Positions 1-12,516 are shown, numbered from the stretch's first letter. The stretch is DNA of 56,184 bases from Nemertoderma westbladi (GCA_032718475.1 JAUCBJ010004984.1:1-56184); one strand, 5' to 3'. Notes: a model not told the origin generated them from the letters alone. Program-made: numbers and translations.

Positions 1-1023
1 CAGTTCCCAAGAAGGGCAACCTAACACTCTATGGTTCTTTTCGGGGAATCTCATTGATCTCGATTGCTGCAAAGCTATACAATAGGATTCTATTAAATCG
101 CATCAGGGATCCCATTGAGAGACTGCTCCGTGGAAATCAGAATGGGTTCCGTAAAGGTCGTGGGACCATGGAGACCATTTTGGCACATAGAAGGACAATT
201 GAAAAGTTATCAAAAAAGAAAGACAGGCATTTGGCTGTTATCTTTGTTGACTTCTTCAAGGCCTTTGATTCAGTCTCTCGCTCACGTATGTTCATCACAC
301 TTTCATTATATGGGATTCCTGATGAAATTATTGCAGCAATCAGATCAGTATCAGATGGTTCGACAACATTTGTATCTACTGTTGACGGTGACACAGAACC
401 ATTTGAAGTGTTATGGGGCGTCCTCCAAGGAGACACACTTGCACCATTCTTGTTCATAATTGTGGTTGACTATGTTCTACGCATGTCCTTAGATCATCAT
501 AATGATGATGGGGTGATGAAAACTCCACCTACTGGCTCAAGAAGTCGAGGAAATCCTGCCAAGTACCTATCTGATCTAGACTTTTGGAAGTCACATAGAA
601 TTCATCGGAAACTTAAGGTCCGATTATTTAGAGCAGCAGTAGTTCCAGTACTCCTCTATGGGAGTCCATGCTGGGCTCTAACTGCTGAGGACACCAAATC
701 TTTGGATGGCACATTCACAAGAATGCTACGCCGGGTTCATTGTGTCAAGTACAATGCACACATCTGCCAGTGCAGCCAGTGCATAATCTTGTGCTTTGGA
801 GGCCTCATGGAGTGAATAAGCATGGTGGACAGCCCATGACTTTCTTGAAAGGCATCTTAAAGGACACTGTACTTAAAGATGCGGATGATCCAGCAAATGT
901 CATGGGTGATAGGTAGTTGTGGCGGCGCAATTTTGTCGACAAGCCGGCCCAGCATTCTTAATATATATGTAATATATATATATATATATAATGCAGCTGC
1001 AATGCAGCATGCAGATCCTAGTC
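1..1023 (+). mobile_element. RTE-like non-LTR retrotransposon, 3' part of reverse transcriptase with two internal deletions (inactive)
   Basis: Translation gives VPKKG..FRGISL, QNGFRKGR, FVDFFKAFDSV, GVLQGDTLAPFLF, then DLDF joined directly to WKSHRI (catalytic xADD segment lost) and LLYGSPCW. The 3' end matches the minus-strand copy at 47370-48248. A (TA)n expansion lies at 961-990. Confidence 0.92.
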
Positions 1024-1242
1024 GTTATAGTAATTAAAAAATGTAATTGACTTCTTACAGATTATGAATTCAGTCGGTCCTTTTCCCAGTGTGCTATTTT
1101 TTAATTTTAATTTAATTTTTTTAATTTTTTAATTTAATTACTGCTGTGTTCGCCTATGTTCGGGGTGTGGGGCGAGCCACGAAGTTGGCGGAGCCTTAGC
1201 GAATTGACACTGTTAGGGGGTGGGTCAATTTATGCAAATAGT

Positions 1243-1243
1243 T

Positions 1244-1306
<63 letters not shown>

Positions 1307-1323
1307 GTCGTCGTCGTCGTCGT
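1243..1323. repeat. (GTC)n microsatellite
   Basis: About 27 near-perfect GTC units; accounts for the poly-Arg ORF at 1156-1374. Confidence 0.98.
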
Positions 1324-2363
1324 TACGATTTTGACATGCTAATAACTTTGTCGGATTTAAAGCTGCCAAGTTGAAAATTTGTAGGTATCAATATGAGCAA
1401 AAGTTGAGATTTTTGAGAGACTTTCAGACACCATCAGTGCAATGGTCTCCCGCTAGAGGGCCACATGTCTAAACATTAAATGCCCTCCCATTTCTTTGCT
1501 TTTAATCCGTTTAAGCTGAAACTTGGCAGATATGTATTAGACCATTAGCTGTGACTTTCAAAGGAGGCGAATCCATCTGCAGTTCTCCAGTCTGCCGCTA
1601 GAGGGCCAAAGGTCTGAAAGTGAAATCGTTGTCGTCGTTACGATTTTGACATGCTAATAACTTTGTCGGATTTAAAGCTGCCAAGTTGAAAATTTGTAGG
1701 TATCAATATGAGCTAAAGTTGAGACGTTTGAGAGACTTTCAGACACCATCAGAGCAATAGTCTCCTGCTAGAGGGCCACATGTCTAAACGTTAAATGTCC
1801 TCCCATTTCTTTGCTTTTAATCCATTTATGCTGAAATTTGGCAGATATGTACTAGACCATTAGCTGTGACTTTGAAAGAAGGAATTGAATTGAATTGAAT
1901 TGAAGGCTAATCCGTGTGCAGTTCTTCAGTCTGCCGCTAGAGGGCGAAATGTTTGAAAGTGAAATCTTTCTCCCATCTCGTTATTTATGATCCGTTCAAG
2001 CTGAAACGTAGCAGATATGTAGTAGAAGTCGGCCTGAGTCTTTGGTGGGCAGTAAACGGTCTGGAGTCCTCCAGTCTGCCGCTAGAGGGCGAAATGTATA
2101 ACTGTCCCCAATTCCTTGATATTAATTTATTTAAAGTGAATATTGGCATATGTACTAGAGCACATGCTGCGTCTTTCTGAGGAAGGTGGTCGATCTGCAT
2201 TTCTCCAGTCTGCCGCTAGAGGTAAGCGGAAATTCAAGACGCTGGTCACACTACTAAACGCATTATTTCAACATTCTCAAATATACGCTCCATAAATATT
2301 TCACGTTACTATTTTATTGATAATCAAGATATAAACCAAGCGGAATTGGGGTGTAAACGTTAA

Positions 2364-2610
2364 GCAGACACCTGGTGCAGACACCTGGTGCAGACACCTG
2401 GTGCAGACAACTGGTGCAGCTACACCTGGTGCAGACACCTGGTGCAGACACCTGGTGCAGACACCTGGTGCAGACACCTGGTGCAGACACCTGGTGGGTG
2501 CAGACACCTGGTGCAGACACCTGGTGCAGACACCTGGTGCAGACACCTGGTGCAGACACCTAGTGCAGACACCTGGTGCAGACACCTGGTGCAGACACCT
2601 GGTGCAGACA
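2364..2610. repeat. 13-bp minisatellite (gcagacacctggt)x~19
   Basis: Direct tandem units; part of a ~400-bp segment interrupting the surrounding repeat. Confidence 0.97.
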
Positions 2611-4218
2611 GTTAGGCAGAGGGCCTAGAGGGCCACATGTCTAAACATTAAATGCCCTCCCATTTCTTTGCTTTTAATCCGTTTAAGCTGAAACTTGCAG
2701 ATATGTATTAGACCATTAGCTGTGACTTTCAAAGGAGGCGAATCCATCTGCAGTTCTCCAGTCTGCCGCTAGAGGGCCAAATGTCTGAAAGTGCAAATCG
2801 TTGTCGTCGTTGTTTATTGTTACGATTTAGACCTGCTAATAAATTCGTTCGTTTTAGTTGAAAAATAATAGGAAAAAATTTGAGTTTTGATATACTTTGA
2901 GACACAATCAGTTCAACAGTCACCCGCTATAGGACTACTTTATGCCTGAAAGTGAATAGATTCTCCCGTCTCATTGATTTTAATCAGTTTAAGCTGAATC
3001 TTGCCATATATTCTGGACCACATGCTGCGTCTTTGTGGGGGGGGGGGGGGGGGGGGGAGATTTAATCGGTCTGCCGCTATACGACGAAATTTCTGAAAGT
3101 GAAATCCGTCTCTCATTTCGTTATCCGTTATTCAAGATGAAACTTGGCCGATGTACGTATGTACTATTCATCCATAGGCTGTGTCTTTGTGGGGCTGGAG
3201 ACCCTAATCCATCTTCAGTTCTCACTATACCGCTAGAGTCAGAAATGTCTGAATAGAAATGAAAGAGGTAAAAAGTGATTAGGCGAAATCTGCTTAAAAT
3301 TTGCTAATACAGTAATACTTTCGAATTAGTACTTAAATTAAATTTAAGTCACGTGCTGCGCGAAGGCCCCACTTCGTGTATCCTAGTGTGTTGGGGTGTG
3401 TCTAGGTGTGTTCCCTTGTGTTCGTTAAAATAACAATCCGGTGTTAATGAATAATCGTAATGGAATTCGCTCATGAGAAAGCAATAAATACCAGAATAAG
3501 ACTACCAGATCAAACTGATATTGGCTGCCGAACTGATGGTGGTTGCTTTAATTAAAATTAATAAACAGTCATTATCATTTAAAGAGTGGCAACTTTTTTG
3601 GTTAATATTCCCCAGTGATTGCTCCAGCATTCCATTGAACCATATTGATTAACCCAACAAGCTCCCTCCTGCCAGCATGTCAAACTTAATTATCCACCCA
3701 TTGTGCTTTACTCGTCTGAACACTGTTGACCAATGATGATCAGTTATGGAAAGTTGATTCCTAGCTATTATTCAACGTTGATCTTTGTTTAAAAATTCAT
3801 CTTTTTCGCTTATGTTTACCACAATTATTCATACATTGCTTTTTTATTGCTGTCATCATTAAGCAAATAATTAATTTTATTTCTGATTTTTACAAACACA
3901 TTATTTTTATTACATATACAGATACACTTCATCAATATTTTCCAAATTGCCCACGCAGTGATTTTTCCTTAGAAAAGTCCCTGATGTAAAGTGAGGGCTT
4001 TCACGAATTTTCCTCTTCATAAAAGATTAGTAAGGCCCCAAACTTTTCAGATTGTTAGCACACGGGGCGGAATAGCTACAGTAGCAATACTAATGTGATT
4101 GCTTATATACCGAAACCACATTTATTAATATCCCTTAAATGTAGGATTCCGGATATCAAGTATGTATGTATGACTTCTAAGTCTGACTCACCAATTTGAA
4201 ATTTCGGTAAAATACGTT

Positions 4219-4416
4219 ATGGCACCACCGAAGAAGTCAAAACCAAAAGAACTGGTTCTTCTGAGATCGTTGCTTAGCAACGTAATAAGCAAGGATGAAG
4301 AAGGGACGACACAACCCGCAGCTAGTGACGACAATAACGCTGTGGACCTTGAAGAAGATATCGGTACGCCCCCTGGTGAGAGAAATCGGAAGTCTGAAAA
4401 GGAACGTTTAAAAAAG
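4219..4416 (+). CDS. Putative coding exon 1 of coiled-coil gene
   Basis: ATG MAPPKKSKPKE...; donor AAG|gtgatt at 4417, phase 0, compatible with the acceptor ending at 4699. Confidence 0.65.
4269..4281. promoter_or_regulatory. RFX X-box-like palindrome GTTGCTTAGCAAC
   Basis: Matches the RFX consensus GTNRC-N(0-3)-RGYAAC near the 5' end of a gene whose product resembles ciliary coiled-coil proteins. Confidence 0.45.
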
Positions 4417-4699
4417 GTGATTTAAATACAACTTATTTACATTTTTCATTGATGTATTGATATAATATTACTTTACTTATATATTAGGTTATTATAATTA
4501 TATATTAATATAAAGTTAAGCACACTATAGACCATAAGATAAATACATACTGTAGTATGGAATAAATTTGAAACAATATCACTTGCAATTGATTGATTAA
4601 TATTGTGAAATAATGGAAAATCAATCTGCACCCTATTACATCAAGTACAATGTCGGAGAATTTGTACAAATGTTTATGGTTTTTATATATTCATTACAG

Positions 4700-4850
4700 T
4701 TGGAACATCTTCTGATGAAGGAATATATGGCAAAACAGATGGAATTGCAGAACGATTTCTTTCACACAAAGAAACTGCTGAAAGATCATTTGAGAATGTC
4801 AGAAGTCAATTCTAACAATAATTATCAGCTGAGAGCTTCTTCTGCAGTAC
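4700..4850 (+). CDS. Putative coding exon 2 (LEHLLMKEYMAKQMELQNDFF...)
   Basis: Acceptor tcattacag|TTG in phase 0. Donor is either gtacgt at 4847 (phase 0) or gtaaca at 4851 (phase 1). Confidence 0.6.
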
Positions 4851-5061
4851 GTAACATATTATTTCTATTAATCTATCTCTATGTAAAACAGAGACAGGAA
4901 CTCCTCCATGCAGTTAGTAATGCAGCAGTATACCTCGGGTATCTTAACAAATATACTAGAAAGTTAATTTTTGACAATGGCCTGTAGAAATTTTGCACTA
5001 TTGTTTTCCTCTCCCACGCCAACCCATCGGTATAATGGTAACCTGTCTTCGCTGATGAAAA

Positions 5062-5395
5062 TACTACTACAACTGTACTATTACTACTATAATCGGCCTA
5101 CTTGCACCGCCACATCTCCCTATCCCCCATGACTTTCACGAGATAAGTCGCATCTTGATGGCCCGTGACTTTAACCTCTCAAGAAAGTCATGGGCTATAC
5201 ACCTTGCTTATTTTCCCGAACAGACTGCCATAGCGGAAGATTGTGAACAGGCTAGTCATCACTGCCAAAGCAATGTCCTGCGAAGCGGAGGCGGCATTGT
5301 TCAAGTCTCATGCTTGGGGGGGGGGGGGCGGTGGGGATGGAACACTTACAATATTATATAGTGTCTGGTTGGAAATGTGTGCTTTCTACATGATG
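5062..5395 (-). mobile_element. Diverged 3' fragment of the same RTE-like LINE family, intronic
   Basis: Aligns by eye to ~47370-47730 (ttgcaccgccaca, caagaaagtcatgggct, aagcaatgtcctgc, gtgtctggttgga) with a decayed (cta)n tail at 5062-5090. Confidence 0.8.
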
Positions 5396-5954
5396 TCAGG
5401 ATATCCAGCGGTAGTTTTTGAGTGTTGCTTAGGCTGGATACCGAGCGGGGGTGGTAATACAGATAAGCCGTATTACTGGTGGAAGGAGCCTTCCTAGGAT
5501 CTTTGGGGAAAACTAACTTGTCTCGTCTTGATCTTCACATATATTCAATAATGACATAAAAGTAAGTAATCGACAGATAACCAGTTAATGCCCCAAAGTG
5601 CGGGTTCACGTGAAGCAGTTATCCCAAATAAGTCAGTAGCTAAAAATCCGTCCTCTACTTAGCTACCTCTACCGTAATAACTTGAGCTTACTATCTTGTT
5701 TAAGATATAAGCAACACTAATGGTATTACGGTAGACACAAAAGATAGCAGAACATGACCTATGGGTGATTTCTAAAGAACGTGATGACGTTTAATGCTAG
5801 AAAAGGTGGCACAGTGGCGGAATTAAATAAGAACAAAAACATGTGATTGCCTCACCCCCAATCATGTGAAGTGTTTGTTTCTTTCTGGCGTTCCTTTTTT
5901 TAAAAACTAAAATGTAAATATATTACAAATACTTACATTTATTTTGGTTTCCAG

Positions 5955-6037
5955 GAAAATTGTACGACAAGGAGATAACTTTCAAAAATCATTGGATGCA
6001 AGAAATCGATAGTCATTCATTAATCTTACTTTGGTCG
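5955..6037 (+). CDS. Putative coding exon 3 (KLYDKEITFKNHWMQEID...)
   Basis: Acceptor ggtttccag at 5954. With the phase-1 donor at 4851 the frame is open to TCG|gtaaat at 6038 (phase 0), matching the phase-0 acceptor at 8764. Confidence 0.45.
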
Positions 6038-6539
6038 GTAAATACGTTTAAAAGAAGATATCTCGAGCAGACTGAAATAATCTATATTTTTTAACAATGA
6101 GTTTATATGATGTTAATCAAAAATGTAATTGTCAATTGATAGTCAGTCAACATCATGGCTATTATTACTAAATGGAAGCTGACATGCCGCGTAGGCCTAT
6201 CCAATGTCACTCACTGCATTGTCCTCGGTGGGTAATAAAATAACCTTGATGACTTTTATTTCGCTGAAGTTGGTGTTATGTTATAATGAGCCACACCCAT
6301 TCCCAACGCATTGCTGAAGGAATTCCCAAGAGATTTGCGGTGCCAAACCCATCCGAGCGTGCTGATACGCCTATACTTCTCGGGTAGGAATTTCGACAGG
6401 AAATAGCGATAATAATTTTAAACGTATGGAAGTTCAGCACTTGTTGACAGAGATAATTCGTTGTGTGAAATTGAAATATCGGATACGTATAATGTGCATA
6501 AAATAAATAGTATTATTATGATTCCTTTGGTTTTTGATT

Positions 6540-7500
6540 GAATTTACGTTTTTTTTTAAGGGGGGGGGGTATACCCCCCCATGAACCTTTTTTAAAATGG
6601 CTGTCAAGTAGTGTTAAATGATAATATTGCTATTTTGTCATGGTCAACCACTGTATGGAAGGCCAAATAGCCTTTATAGTAAAATTTGAAAATTTATAGC
6701 CTCCCCCTAGCGGCTGGCGGCGGAATTAAAGATTTCACTAAAATTGCTACTAGTCCCTCAATTTTGGTCCAAATTTCTTGAAACCAACTTTTTTGGACTC
6801 AGCGTGATCGACTCTACAAAAGTTATCTTATAGAATTTTTAATTAGCCATTTTTATTTTAATTAATTAAATTAATTAAATTTAATTAATTAAATTTAATT
6901 TAAATTTAATTTAATTTAAATTTAATTAAATTTAATTAAATTATCATATTTTTAATTAAAATTGGCTAATTAGAAAAAATGGTAATATTTATCAAAATTC
7001 CATAAGATAACTTTTAAAGAGCTTCCAAATCTCGTTCGAATGAGCCATAAACGAAGAAAATTGGTTAAAAAATGACGGAGGAGTAGTACTTTGAAAATGA
7101 AAAATGTCATTCCGAGAAAATGCCCTTCAAAGTTTAAACCGTCCCGCCAAAATTGGCTGTCTGCGTTCTGGTTGGTTAATTATTTCCGGCACGAAGGATG
7201 CACACCAACGAGCTAAAATGTTCATTACGGGGGTTTTCGGGGTCGCTGATTTCATTTCCGATGTCAGTTTTAATTTTTGGTGGAATCTAGTCTGTCTGTC
7301 TGTCTGTCGGTCTTCTGTCTTTATTACAATTTGACGGACAGACCGTCATACGGAAAAACAGTGATAACTCGAGAACTGAAAGAGGTCTCACTAAGCGGTT
7401 TTCAGATTTGTAATCCTCATTAAATTCTGCACTAGATAAAATAAAGAAACAACAATTTGAAAATTTTACCTGAGGGGGGGGGGGGGTATACCCCTCAGAT
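6540..7500. repeat. Composite interspersed repeat with internal inverted repeat and (GTCT)n
   Basis: aagttatcttatagaatttt/aattagcca (~6820-6850) is inverted at ~6961-7012 around an AT-only spacer. 7229-7460 is similar to 22650-22880. G-run/tatacccc motifs occur at both ends. Confidence 0.65.
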
Positions 7501-8764
7501 CCTCATAAATCCACCCAAATTCAAATCATTTATAATTTCCTGTGAACTAAATACATGTATAAATTTTTGTTCTTTTAAAATATTTTCGCTTAAAATAAAA
7601 TATAAATTTTATTTGCTTAAAATATAAAATTGATTATGGCATTTCCGTTAAAATAGAATGTTACATACCTGTGTACTGTAAATAAAAAAGGTACCCAATC
7701 GGGGTACAACTAAGTTACTTAGTTAGGTGTTTTAGTTTCTCTGTTTACTGTTTGGTCTTCAAAAAATGAAACTATGCTTGTTTAACAAGAATAATCTAAC
7801 GGTTACCGGTATGGGAAGTCGTTTAACAAAAATACAAAATGTATTTTTCAAAAAAAAACGCTTAAGTAAAAAATGATTTCATTGTTCGCCGGGTTTCGCC
7901 ACAAATAGGGCGTATCGGAGGGATCAAAGTACGACAGACCGTTGGTAGAGAGAAGGGAGAAGAAACAGGTTCCATAAAAATAATAGTAAATAAATTGCCA
8001 TGGGAAGCAGCACCACAAACTTTAGCCCATTCGCATTTCTGTTTGTCGCAAAACATACCCGTTTAATTACCGGTTGAGCGTAGACCTTACCTTTATCTTA
8101 CCGATATCTTACTATCAGTCTTAACATCATCCTGCAAGTAACTCCAACTGTTATAGTTTGCCCTTTGAATTTTGAGTACGTATATCTGACAGTCAGAGTG
8201 AAAAGAAGTCAACGTAGTTCAGATTACCTATTTCTGTCCATAAGATGTGCAAATTGGTCTGTCTGGTCGTAACATGACTTCTCTATTCGAGAGTTTTTAT
8301 TATGACAGAGATGGACAAACAATGATTGTACTACTTAGAATAATAAATTTTATGTGAAATATTCACTCATCGAACATAAATTTGTAAAAATATTGATCAA
8401 TAATAATTTTAGTAAAGAACGTGCCACACTTCTTCTATTTGATCTGAACGATCAGATCTGAACGAAATTCAGATCTGCCATCGTTTGTATCTCAATCTCC
8501 CTGTCAACTCGTTGAAGAATTATCGCGCAAGACTAAATCAGATCAATTGATAATAGTTAGTTTTCTTGCCAATACATTTTTTCTAAACAATCACACCGAG
8601 AGATCTAGCGAATTTATAAATAAATAAAATATATTAAAATCAGTAAAATAACTTTTTTCTATTAATTATATATTTTATTATAAATTTTGCGGCTGTTAAT
8701 TAATTTTATTTGTTTATAAATTTTACAGAACAAAAACTTTTTCATATAATTATTATAATTTCAG

Positions 8765-11152
8765 AAACCGATGATGGAATCTTCTTCTGACGCCAACAGG
8801 ATTCGTCCAGGATCTGCCGTCGCCCTTGGTACAAGCTGTCGTCATGGTGACAACGACAACGAATCCGAAACTGGAATGGATCGAAAGGTCCACCTCCTTC
8901 GAAGTCATCTCGGAACAACGATCTTTGATATCTCACCGCCAAAGCAATCGCAGACGATATCTGTAGAAACTCTAACAAAACGCTTGAACGCATCGAAACC
9001 ACAACGACTGAATGATGCATTAGATAAAACTGGCGCAATCGATTTAAGGAAGCCACCCACAGGAAAACCAACGTCTTGGCGCACCAAAAAGTTACTGAGA
9101 AGAAAAGTCCAGAAAGCTGAAATCGGAGATGCGCGATCTGTATATGCCCCTAAAGGAGATCAATCGGTGAGAATTACCAACGGCCGCAACAGATATCAAG
9201 AGGAGAGACACCACAGAACGGACAAAGACATGGTTACCGAAGATTCAAAGAGTCCATATGTGAGAGTTAGTATAGAGGAGAATGAGACTATGGGAATATT
9301 ACCCAATCGGAAAGAACGCAGAGAAAGAAGGAATGTTAAAAGATCTATTCCACAGGATACAGAACGAATATATGGCAATGCGTTACGACAATCGTCTCTA
9401 AGTCCGAGAAATAGGGCCATTAGAGCCAAATGTAAGGCAAGCAATGATGTAGGCATAGCTTTTACCCCCGATAATATTGAATCGCAAAGAGGCAGAAAAG
9501 AAAGTGAAAGTAAAAATAAAAATAATGATATATTAAATGAAGCTAAAAACGAGGCGTTCAAAAAAACTAAAGACACTTTGAAAACTGTCAAGGAAGCTAG
9601 AAGTCGTTCATTAGATTCATTAAAAAAATCCATAATATTAAATCAAAATGTTGAAAATAAAACCATTTTAAACAATTTTCAACAATCCGAGATATTAGAA
9701 GAAGGTTCAATAAACTATATAAGAGTTGATCATCAACTGAAAGACACCGAGAATAATATTATTCGGGATTGGTTGATTGAGAAGGACAAGTTGAGGGTCA
9801 AAAAAAGGAAAGAAGATCGTGCCCGGAAAATGCAGAGGTTGGCAAGGCAACAGGAAGTTCTAGAAATACAATTGCAACGATATACACAGGCGGAAGAAAG
9901 TTACAAACGTTGGAAATTAGCGAAAGACAATCAAAATAAAATGTTTCCTAAGCGTAATCATCAATCACTTGCGGCAATGGCACATAGAAGAGTAAATCAA
10001 GAAAAATCAAGAGTTATTGAATTAAATGAAAATACGGCTGACAAAAAAGCAATAGCAGATTCTTTGGATACTTCAGAAATGACATACGATGAGATGAAGG
10101 CTAAATTAGAAGCTCTGAGAATAAAGGAAATGGAAAGACGGCAGGTAATTGAAGCCACAAAGGCTAGTCAGAGACTGTACGGAGATGCAGGCGACGGCAA
10201 CGAAAAGCGATATATTTACCACCGACCACTAACTTCCGCTTCCCGAAAGTCCACGCCGCGACAGAAGAAAATTCGACGAGCAGAAAGCGCAGAAGCGCCA
10301 TCTCGGAGCGTCAGGGAACGAGTGTCACCGGAACGGAAAAGTTATGAGAATTGGTTGGAAACGAAACGCGCGGAGCAACGGAAAGAGAAGGAAAAGATCC
10401 GCCTTGCGATGACTGAGATGGTCGTAGATCCGCAATACAGAGAAATAATACCGAAACTCGGGCAAAGGAGAGTCGATAAAGTTCTAGAAAGTAAGAAAAG
10501 AGTTGATTCCGGAATCGCTAAAACTATAGACATCGATTTAAGCAAATACAATAAGAAGAATTCAACTCCTGTCCTTAAAGAAACTGTTAGAAACGAATCT
10601 CCTTATGTCGCAGATATTCCGGCGTCGACGTGGAAGAATTTGTTTAATAAAGACGACGACGGGAATGTTGGATCGGGGCATTCTTTGGCTCAGCGGAAAG
10701 ATTCGGCAACTTATAAAACTCCAACAATCAGCGAACGGGGATCGAGCGAAATCGAGGAAATTTCGGCGACTACCCGTCCGGAACCGACGGGATCAGACGA
10801 TCCCAATGAGTTGGAGAATCAGTTCGACAAGTTCAGCAAACAATCCGGGACTCCTAAAGAAGAAACTCGGATTCGCTTCGACGACGAACCCGAGATGAAG
10901 GTCTACCACAGAAACGACCCTATTTGTGTTGAGAAACAATCCCAATCGGACCACCAGGGTGCCAGTCATGGGGACGACATTGCCGCTAAAACACTCCATC
11001 ACTTCTACGATGAACACATTAAACCTAGTCATGCAAATGATCCTCACAATCGTGTAATTGGAGAGAATGAAGGATTTGGCGACAACACCTCGTTAGAATC
11101 CAAAGAAATTATTGGCCATTCTACTAACTCTACATTTATTACTAATCCGTGA
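8765..11152 (+). CDS. Large terminal exon: charged coiled-coil protein with CCDC34/CCDC181/MAP9-like motifs
   Basis: 793-aa ORF preceded in frame by acceptor atttcag|AAACCG. Motifs IRDWLIEK, EESYKRWKLAK and RKSYENWLETKRAEQRKEKEK resemble the F/Y-x-x-W-L-x-x-K helices of that family; the rest is low complexity. Confidence 0.8.
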   Translation, partial: KPMMESSSDANRIRPGSAVALGTSCRHGDNDNESETGMDRKVHLLRSHLGTTIFDISPPKQSQTISVETLTKRLNASKPQRLNDALDKTGAIDLRKPPTGKPTSWRTKKLLRRKVQKAEIGDARSVYAPKGDQSVRITNGRNRYQEERHHRTDKDMVTEDSKSPYVRVSIEENETMGILPNRKERRERRNVKRSIPQDTERIYGNALRQSSLSPRNRAIRAKCKASNDVGIAFTPDNIESQRGRKESESKNKNNDILNEAKNEAFKKTKDTLKTVKEARSRSLDSLKKSIILNQNVENKTILNNFQQSEILEEGSINYIRVDHQLKDTENNIIRDWLIEKDKLRVKKRKEDRARKMQRLARQQEVLEIQLQRYTQAEESYKRWKLAKDNQNKMFPKRNHQSLAAMAHRRVNQEKSRVIELNENTADKKAIADSLDTSEMTYDEMKAKLEALRIKEMERRQVIEATKASQRLYGDAGDGNEKRYIYHRPLTSASRKSTPRQKKIRRAESAEAPSRSVRERVSPERKSYENWLETKRAEQRKEKEKIRLAMTEMVVDPQYREIIPKLGQRRVDKVLESKKRVDSGIAKTIDIDLSKYNKKNSTPVLKETVRNESPYVADIPASTWKNLFNKDDDGNVGSGHSLAQRKDSATYKTPTISERGSSEIEEISATTRPEPTGSDDPNELENQFDKFSKQSGTPKEETRIRFDDEPEMKVYHRNDPICVEKQSQSDHQGASHGDDIAAKTLHHFYDEHIKPSHANDPHNRVIGENEGFGDNTSLESKEIIGHSTNSTFITNP

Positions 11153-12516
11153 CGACCTGTCAATGTTTTATATTTGGCTCATTGAAAATTATTGGACACG
11201 ATTTTTGATAATTTTTTTTGTTTTTTGAAAAAAATATAATTCCAAGTTCTAGATCATGCGTAGTTGTTTTTAAGCTTTGTTTTAAAGTATGTTTCTAATA
11301 CCACGGCGTTCTAAAACACCTTGTTTTCTAAACTTCAAATACAGTAGATAGTACATTAAATAATATTAAACAAATAATGACCATTTTTTTTAATCATGCA
11401 TAATAAGCAGCATAATATTATGGCCATAACTCAATTTACATGGGCCCAATTTACATTACATAGAGGTAAGTTACCTATAGTAGGTAACATTTAGGCTGTA
11501 TCTGTTGAGAATATAACAATTGTATTCAATTCCAAATACTAAGGGATTGAGTATGATTCTTTATTTTATAAATATTTCCTATTATTTAAAACTGCTTTTA
11601 AAAATTTCAAAAATTAACAAAAAAAACTATATAAATTTGAGATTTCGCAATAAATAGAGTAATAAATTTTGGAAGAAAATAAATTATTAAATATTATGCA
11701 GGTTGCCTTTATTAATCGAGTTAGGATTGGGGGAAAATGAGAGGTCAGACCTTTGGGGTGATGAAAATGATTGTTAATATCAGTGCCAATATTTCGGCCA
11801 CACCTTATTATACGAAATAACAGGCCTTCAACAGGGCAAATCAGAATGTGTCGGGCTACGTAAGTAACTGACTAGAGCACCACTTCCTATGTTCACTGCT
11901 ACAAGCTGGTTCATGGAGTACAGATTTAATTGCTGAATGGTTCCCGCGGGAAATTTGAATTTCACTTACATGTATTCCAGTTTCGCCTTTTTAGGCCTAC
12001 TATCACACCATCCTTTCTACTCATACCATACAGATTAACGCGAGTTTACATTATGTCGTTATCATTGTTTTACCGGAAGGGTAGTGGCTGATATTATACT
12101 GGAATGAATGTGCATAAGAAATGAAAGGAAAGTAATAGCAACAACACCCGGGCAGACAATAACTACATCGGCCTATTCATATATTGTATTGTGCTGCACA
12201 ATAGAATAGATGAGTATGTAGTGTACTTTTACGGTAACATGGGGTGCAAATTTTTTATCAACAATGAAAATACTAGTAAAAATTCAAACATTAAAAGTTC
12301 AGCAGAAAAAAACACTATCCCTTTGCCTAAAGGATGTAAGAAAGAATTGGGAAGGGGGGGAGAAAGGAAGGCGGGGGGGGGGGGGGGGGGTTGGGTTGAA
12401 ATTAAATAAAAAATGTTGTTGTCTTTCAGGCGGAGGTACGGTACAGTAGTATAGTAGTAAACACTGAATAATATCCCCAGCCATCATTCAATAGCATGGT
12501 GAAAACAGTTTTAAAA

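Larger units (their letters stand above)
1165..3386 (+). mobile_element. Helentron/HINE-like non-autonomous repeat with tandem ~145-170 bp internal subunits
   Basis: Hairpin-like head (gtggggcgagccacgaagttggcg), then (GTC)n, then a ~316-bp block repeated at 1321 and 1637 and partly at 2627, built of subunits ending tgccgctagagggc. The end has gccccacttcgtg (inverted relative to the head) and ctagt. Family assignment is an inference; boundaries are approximate. Confidence 0.6.

Noticed and set aside
1156-1374. Protamine-like poly-Arg ORF
   Set aside because: Translation of a (GTC)n microsatellite inside a repeat element.
2301-2628. Cys-rich repetitive ORFs
   Set aside because: Translations of the 13-bp minisatellite.
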